Origin: a virus
Length of the DNA: 27,243 nt
Strand: one strand, 5' to 3'
IMG/VR virus record: IMGVR_UViG_3300028831_000232
Location: 1-27,243 of that record
Position numbers and translations under genes: made by a program. The notes under the pieces were generated by a model. The model saw nothing but the letters and a program-made list of their open reading frames with translations, did not search any database and was not told where the DNA came from. The stretch's first letter is position 1, and every line of letters begins with the position of its first letter. Below, one piece after another: positions 24,369 to 27,243 of the stretch.

Positions 24369-25130
24369 CTAGAACCCGTAGGCCATCCAGTTACATCGAA
24401 CCAATGAGTTTGCCAAAGCACCGGCTGTGTTTAAGCACCTAAGTTGGAACGATGACAGCGATCCCGCAGCATCGGTGACGATGGCCCACCATGTTCCGGC
24501 ACCCCCGGACGCTGCCACCACGAACGCTGCGATCAGTCCGTTCGGGAATGCCGTAGGAAACGTGACCGTCTGGTAGCCGTTGGCATCACTGGTGAACACG
24601 ATGGTGCCAACCTGCAAAAGGAAGGGCAGCGATCCGGTGTCCACAGCAGGCGGTGAACCCACATAGGCCGAACCGATATTGAGCACCTTCAAGTTGCGCT
24701 CGGTGACCCAGTTCGAACCGTTCCACGACTTCAGCAGTCCGGTGTCGGTTTCCCGCAGCAGCATGTCCTGCGTAGGCGAGGCCGGCCGCGCCGACGAAGT
24801 GCCAAGCAGTGTTTTCTCGTAGGCCGAGGCCGCCGTCTCGGCCAGGATCCAGGGGATGCCCTGGGCGTGCTGGCGAGCGGCGCCTCCACCGAGGGCCGTC
24901 TCCTGTCCCCGCAATGCCGTGACCGACGTGGCCGCAGCGGTGTGGGCCGTGACATAGACAATCTCGGGTGTCCCAGCCGTCCCCAGCGGGTCGAGAACCA
25001 GAGCGATGATGTCGGGCGACGCCACCACCGGGAGGTTGGCGAAATTGGCACTGTTGATCGTGGTCGCACCGATCAACAGCGGGTTGTCGGTGATCGTTCC
25101 CGACATGAAGTTGCGGCGCAACCGTGCCAT
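24369..25130 (-). CDS. Fibre/decoration protein paralogue B with a lectin-like (gp53-like) C-terminal domain
   Basis: 253 aa. N-terminal 101 aa shared with 25140..25793; SARPASP...LLRETDTG..WNGSNW linker; QVG...VTFPTAFPN...SSF...NWMAYG tip. Confidence 0.7.
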   Translation of the reverse strand: MARLRRNFMSGTITDNPLLIGATTINSANFANLPVVASPDIIALVLDPLGTAGTPEIVYVTAHTAAATSVTALRGQETALGGGAARQHAQGIPWILAETAASAYEKTLLGTSSARPASPTQDMLLRETDTGLLKSWNGSNWVTERNLKVLNIGSAYVGSPPAVDTGSLPFLLQVGTIVFTSDANGYQTVTFPTAFPNGLIAAFVVAASGGAGTWWAIVTDAAGSLSSFQLRCLNTAGALANSLVRCNWMAYGF

Positions 25131-25139
25131 CTCACCCCC

Positions 25140-25793
25140 CTAGTTGTCTATGCGGAACGAGACACCGTCGAGCGAGAACCAGGCATTGCCGCCGACGCCC
25201 GCGCGCACGCCGCCGTCCGACCCGATGATCTCGATCTGGGTGGCAACGGCCGTCGTCCCGTTGTTGGAGATGCCGGGGATCTGCAGGAATTGCGCCGGTC
25301 GATAGCCAGCGGCCAGCGTGAAGATGTAGGCCGTCGTCCCAGCACCGATGGTGCCCAGCTTCACCAATCCCTTGAGATAGACCACCTGGCCGACGCGCTT
25401 GTACCCCGCCGTGGGGTAATTGACGGCGTCGTAGTTCACCCAGGAATTCAACAGGGTCGGTGTCTGCCAGCCGGTGTCGTCCAGGCCATTGGCCGCCGTG
25501 TCGGCCACGATCCAGGGGACCCCCTGGGCATGCTGGCGGGCACCACTTCCGCCGTACGTAGACTCCTGGCCTCGCACGACGGTGACCGCCGTCGCTGCCG
25601 CCGTATGGGCCGTCACGTAGGCCACTTCAGGAATGCCGCCCGTGCCTAACGGATCGAGCACGAGCGTCATGATGTCCGGCGCCGCGACGACCGGCAGACC
25701 GGAGAACCCGGCCGAGTTGATCGTGGTCGCGCCAGCGGTCAGCGGGTTGTCAGTGATCGTCCCGCTGGCGAAATTCCGGCGCAGCCGGGCCAT
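25140..25793 (-). CDS. Fibre/decoration protein paralogue A with DTGW-type tip domain
   Basis: 217 aa; C-terminal DTGWQTPTLLNSW...YKRVGQVVYLKGLV...IFTLAAGYRP...WFSLDGVSF. Confidence 0.72.
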   Translation of the reverse strand: MARLRRNFASGTITDNPLTAGATTINSAGFSGLPVVAAPDIMTLVLDPLGTGGIPEVAYVTAHTAAATAVTVVRGQESTYGGSGARQHAQGVPWIVADTAANGLDDTGWQTPTLLNSWVNYDAVNYPTAGYKRVGQVVYLKGLVKLGTIGAGTTAYIFTLAAGYRPAQFLQIPGISNNGTTAVATQIEIIGSDGGVRAGVGGNAWFSLDGVSFRIDN

Positions 25794-25796
25794 GGA

Positions 25797-26183
25797 TTAC
25801 GCCGCAGTCAGCGTAAGCGTGACCGTAAATTGCCAAGACTGGGTGGACGCCTTGGTCCCGAGGGCCTCCTGCTTACGGTTGAGCATCGTGCCGGCGGCTG
25901 CAGCGTTGAACACGCCCCACTCGTTCCAGGCGTAGTTGGCGTCGGCCAGGGCGAAGGTGGACCGGAAGGTGAGGACGTTGGTCGCCTGCTGAGGGTACGT
26001 GGCGTCCATCGCCTTGCGGAACTTGTTCGTCGCCGCCACGAGGTCGGTCTGAGTGTTGGCGTAGGCCGTCACGCCGTCGCCCACGCCGATGTAGCTGTTG
26101 GCGTTATTGAACGTCGTCACACCCAGCGTGCCGGTGACAATGGCGGTGGCAATGCCGTCCCGAGCTGCGTTGGTCAGCCCCAT
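25797..26183 (-). CDS. Virion structural protein (fibre-base / tail-collar-fibre N-terminal-like)
   Basis: 128 aa. YIGVGDG...QTDL, F...DANYAWNEWGVFNAAAAGTMLNRK pattern seen in phage fibre-attachment proteins. Confidence 0.6.
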   Translation of the reverse strand: MGLTNAARDGIATAIVTGTLGVTTFNNANSYIGVGDGVTAYANTQTDLVAATNKFRKAMDATYPQQATNVLTFRSTFALADANYAWNEWGVFNAAAAGTMLNRKQEALGTKASTQSWQFTVTLTLTAA

Positions 26184-26184
26184 A

Positions 26185-26418
26185 TCACTCGGCCTCCTTG
26201 GCAGACAGGAGAAGGAGCGTCACGTCGCCGCTCTCGGTGTAGGCATCCATGTGCTCCTGGCAGAGCTTGAACTCGGCCCGGTGCGTCTTGGTGTGACCGC
26301 AGGCGTCGCACGTCTCTTCGCCGGCATCCAGGTGAACCGAGGCCACCGCCTCGTTCTCGCAGTTGGGCCGGCTCCAGCCGCAGACGACAACGTCAGCGTC
26401 AGCCTTCTGGCGGGCCAT
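26185..26418 (-). CDS. Small Cys/His-rich hypothetical protein
   Basis: ATG 26418 with GGAG RBS, 77 aa; C-x6-C, CDAC, CQEH. Confidence 0.55.
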   Translation of the reverse strand: MARQKADADVVVCGWSRPNCENEAVASVHLDAGEETCDACGHTKTHRAEFKLCQEHMDAYTESGDVTLLLLSAKEAE

Positions 26419-26668
26419 GCTCACTCTCCCCTCTGATCCAGTGCTCGGTGATCTCGCCGTCGTCGGTGATGATGACCTCGGCCAGCGCAGCTGCCGCCTC
26501 CTCCTCGGTCATCTCGCTGACCTCGCCATCGAATTTCTTCACTACACAGCGGGTGTGCTCGATGCCGTACTGGAGGCCGTCCGGGGCGATGAAGAGCTGC
26601 TTGACCTCGCCGCTCTCGATGAGGCCCATCTGCCCGCCGTCGAACCGCTCCTCCTCAGTGCCAGACAT
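26399..26668 (-). CDS. Hypothetical acidic protein
   Basis: 89 aa, overlapping both neighbours in the operon. Confidence 0.55.
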   Translation of the reverse strand: MSGTEEERFDGGQMGLIESGEVKQLFIAPDGLQYGIEHTRCVVKKFDGEVSEMTEEEAAAALAEVIITDDGEITEHWIRGESEHGPPEG

Positions 26669-27011
26669 AGCCCAGCTCTTCGAGGTGGTCGGCCACGCCG
26701 GCCGGCACCCGCACCAGCTGGCCCTCCTTGAAGGTGTAGTTGTTGCCGACGCCGAGGGTCATCTCGATGTCGCTGTTCACGCGGATCGTCCGGGCCTCGG
26801 GTTCGACGTAGACGACCTCACCCTGCTCGTTGGTCTGCGTGGTCGGCGTGTCGTCGCGGACGTAGTCGGTGACCTCGTCGCTCAGCTCGCCCGATGCCTG
26901 ATTCACCATCGCCAGCTCGTGCTCGCGAGCGGCGATTGCCTCGGCGTTCTCTCGCGCCAGGCGTGCTCGCTGCCGCCCGGTGTAGTCGGACGGCTTGACC
27001 TGCTGCGCCAT
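26655..27011 (-). CDS. Conserved protein downstream of major capsid
   Basis: Start reassigned to ATG 27011 (GAGGAG RBS), 118 aa; IRVNSDIEMTLG.GN.YTFKEG...VP..VADHLEELGY. Confidence 0.75.
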   Translation of the reverse strand: MAQQVKPSDYTGRQRARLARENAEAIAAREHELAMVNQASGELSDEVTDYVRDDTPTTQTNEQGEVVYVEPEARTIRVNSDIEMTLGVGNNYTFKEGQLVRVPAGVADHLEELGYVWH

Positions 27012-27028
27012 TTTTATTCTCCTCGTGG

Positions 27029-27062
27029 TCCCGTTGCGACGGGAGAGCCTGCCCCTCCCGTC
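27029..27062 (-). terminator. Hairpin(s) directly after the capsid stop codon
   Basis: GACGGGAG...CTCCCGTC stem (27038-27062) and an alternative TCCCGT-CGCA-ACGGGA stem (27029-27044); no U-tract. Confidence 0.45.
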
Positions 27063-27243
27063 AGTTCGTCTCGATGCGGACGACGCTGTTGTCGGTGATC
27101 CGGCCGAAGCCCCAGATCGAGTACCACGCCAGGGCATGTTCCCGACCGAAGTCGAGGATGCCGCCGTCGCGCAGCTCCACCGGAAGGCTGATGGCGTGCC
27201 CGAAAGCGTTGTCACCGATCATGAGGGCGTCGTAGCGGTCACG
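27061..27243 (-). CDS. Major capsid protein, N4-gp56 family, C-terminal end (partial)
   Basis: Not in the ORF track. Manual translation: RDRYDALMIGDNAFGHAISLPVELRDGGILDFGREHALAWYSIWGFGRITDNSVVRIETN*. Confidence 0.85.
   Translation of the reverse strand, partial: RDRYDALMIGDNAFGHAISLPVELRDGGILDFGREHALAWYSIWGFGRITDNSVVRIETN

Noticed and set aside
24344-25793. Diversity-generating retroelement (tip domain + downstream hairpin + repeated genes)
   Set aside because: No reverse transcriptase or near-identical TR/VR pair in the window. Paralogue differences are not adenine-specific, and the odd codons vary at third positions.
7572-27215. ORF-track start positions for 4828..5397, 5795..6703, 7572..8339, 8673..10082, 18807..19700, 26655..27215
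   Set aside because: The N-terminal extensions overlap real upstream genes; downstream starts with RBS or stop-start coupling were used instead.

Overview
The window is the virion-morphogenesis operon of a high-GC myovirus with a contractile tail. It is probably an actinobacteriophage; the gene set and order recall Bxz1/cluster-C-like phages and actinobacterial contractile injection systems. All credible genes are on the minus strand, many coupled by TGATG/ATGA overlaps. Reading right to left: the 3' end of an N4-gp56-type major capsid gene; a ~7.5 kb block of putative head/neck-fibre genes, including two paralogues with different tip domains and a 1217-aa protein of ~20-aa Thr/Ser/Val repeats; head-tail adaptor and stopper; a small membrane 'moron'; tail completion and terminator proteins; sheath; tube; assembly chaperone plus a +1-frame partner ORF; tape measure with an M15 peptidase; lysozyme-tube-initiator fusion; LysM/gpX; hub; a very short OB-fold spike; fibre genes; gp25, baseplate J and wedge proteins; and the start of a holin-like gene. 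The most striking feature is a protein domain split across two genes (23212..24039 and 19559..23212) by a 716-nt insert that carries its own start codon and domain, with both halves still intact. Other highlights are a spike without a beta-helix followed by a coupled adaptor/fibre chain, a candidate +1 frameshift (CUC_UUU_CGC_UGA), and several short repeated peptide motifs that may be docking or cleavage sites. Family assignments are from motif recognition only; no database search was run.
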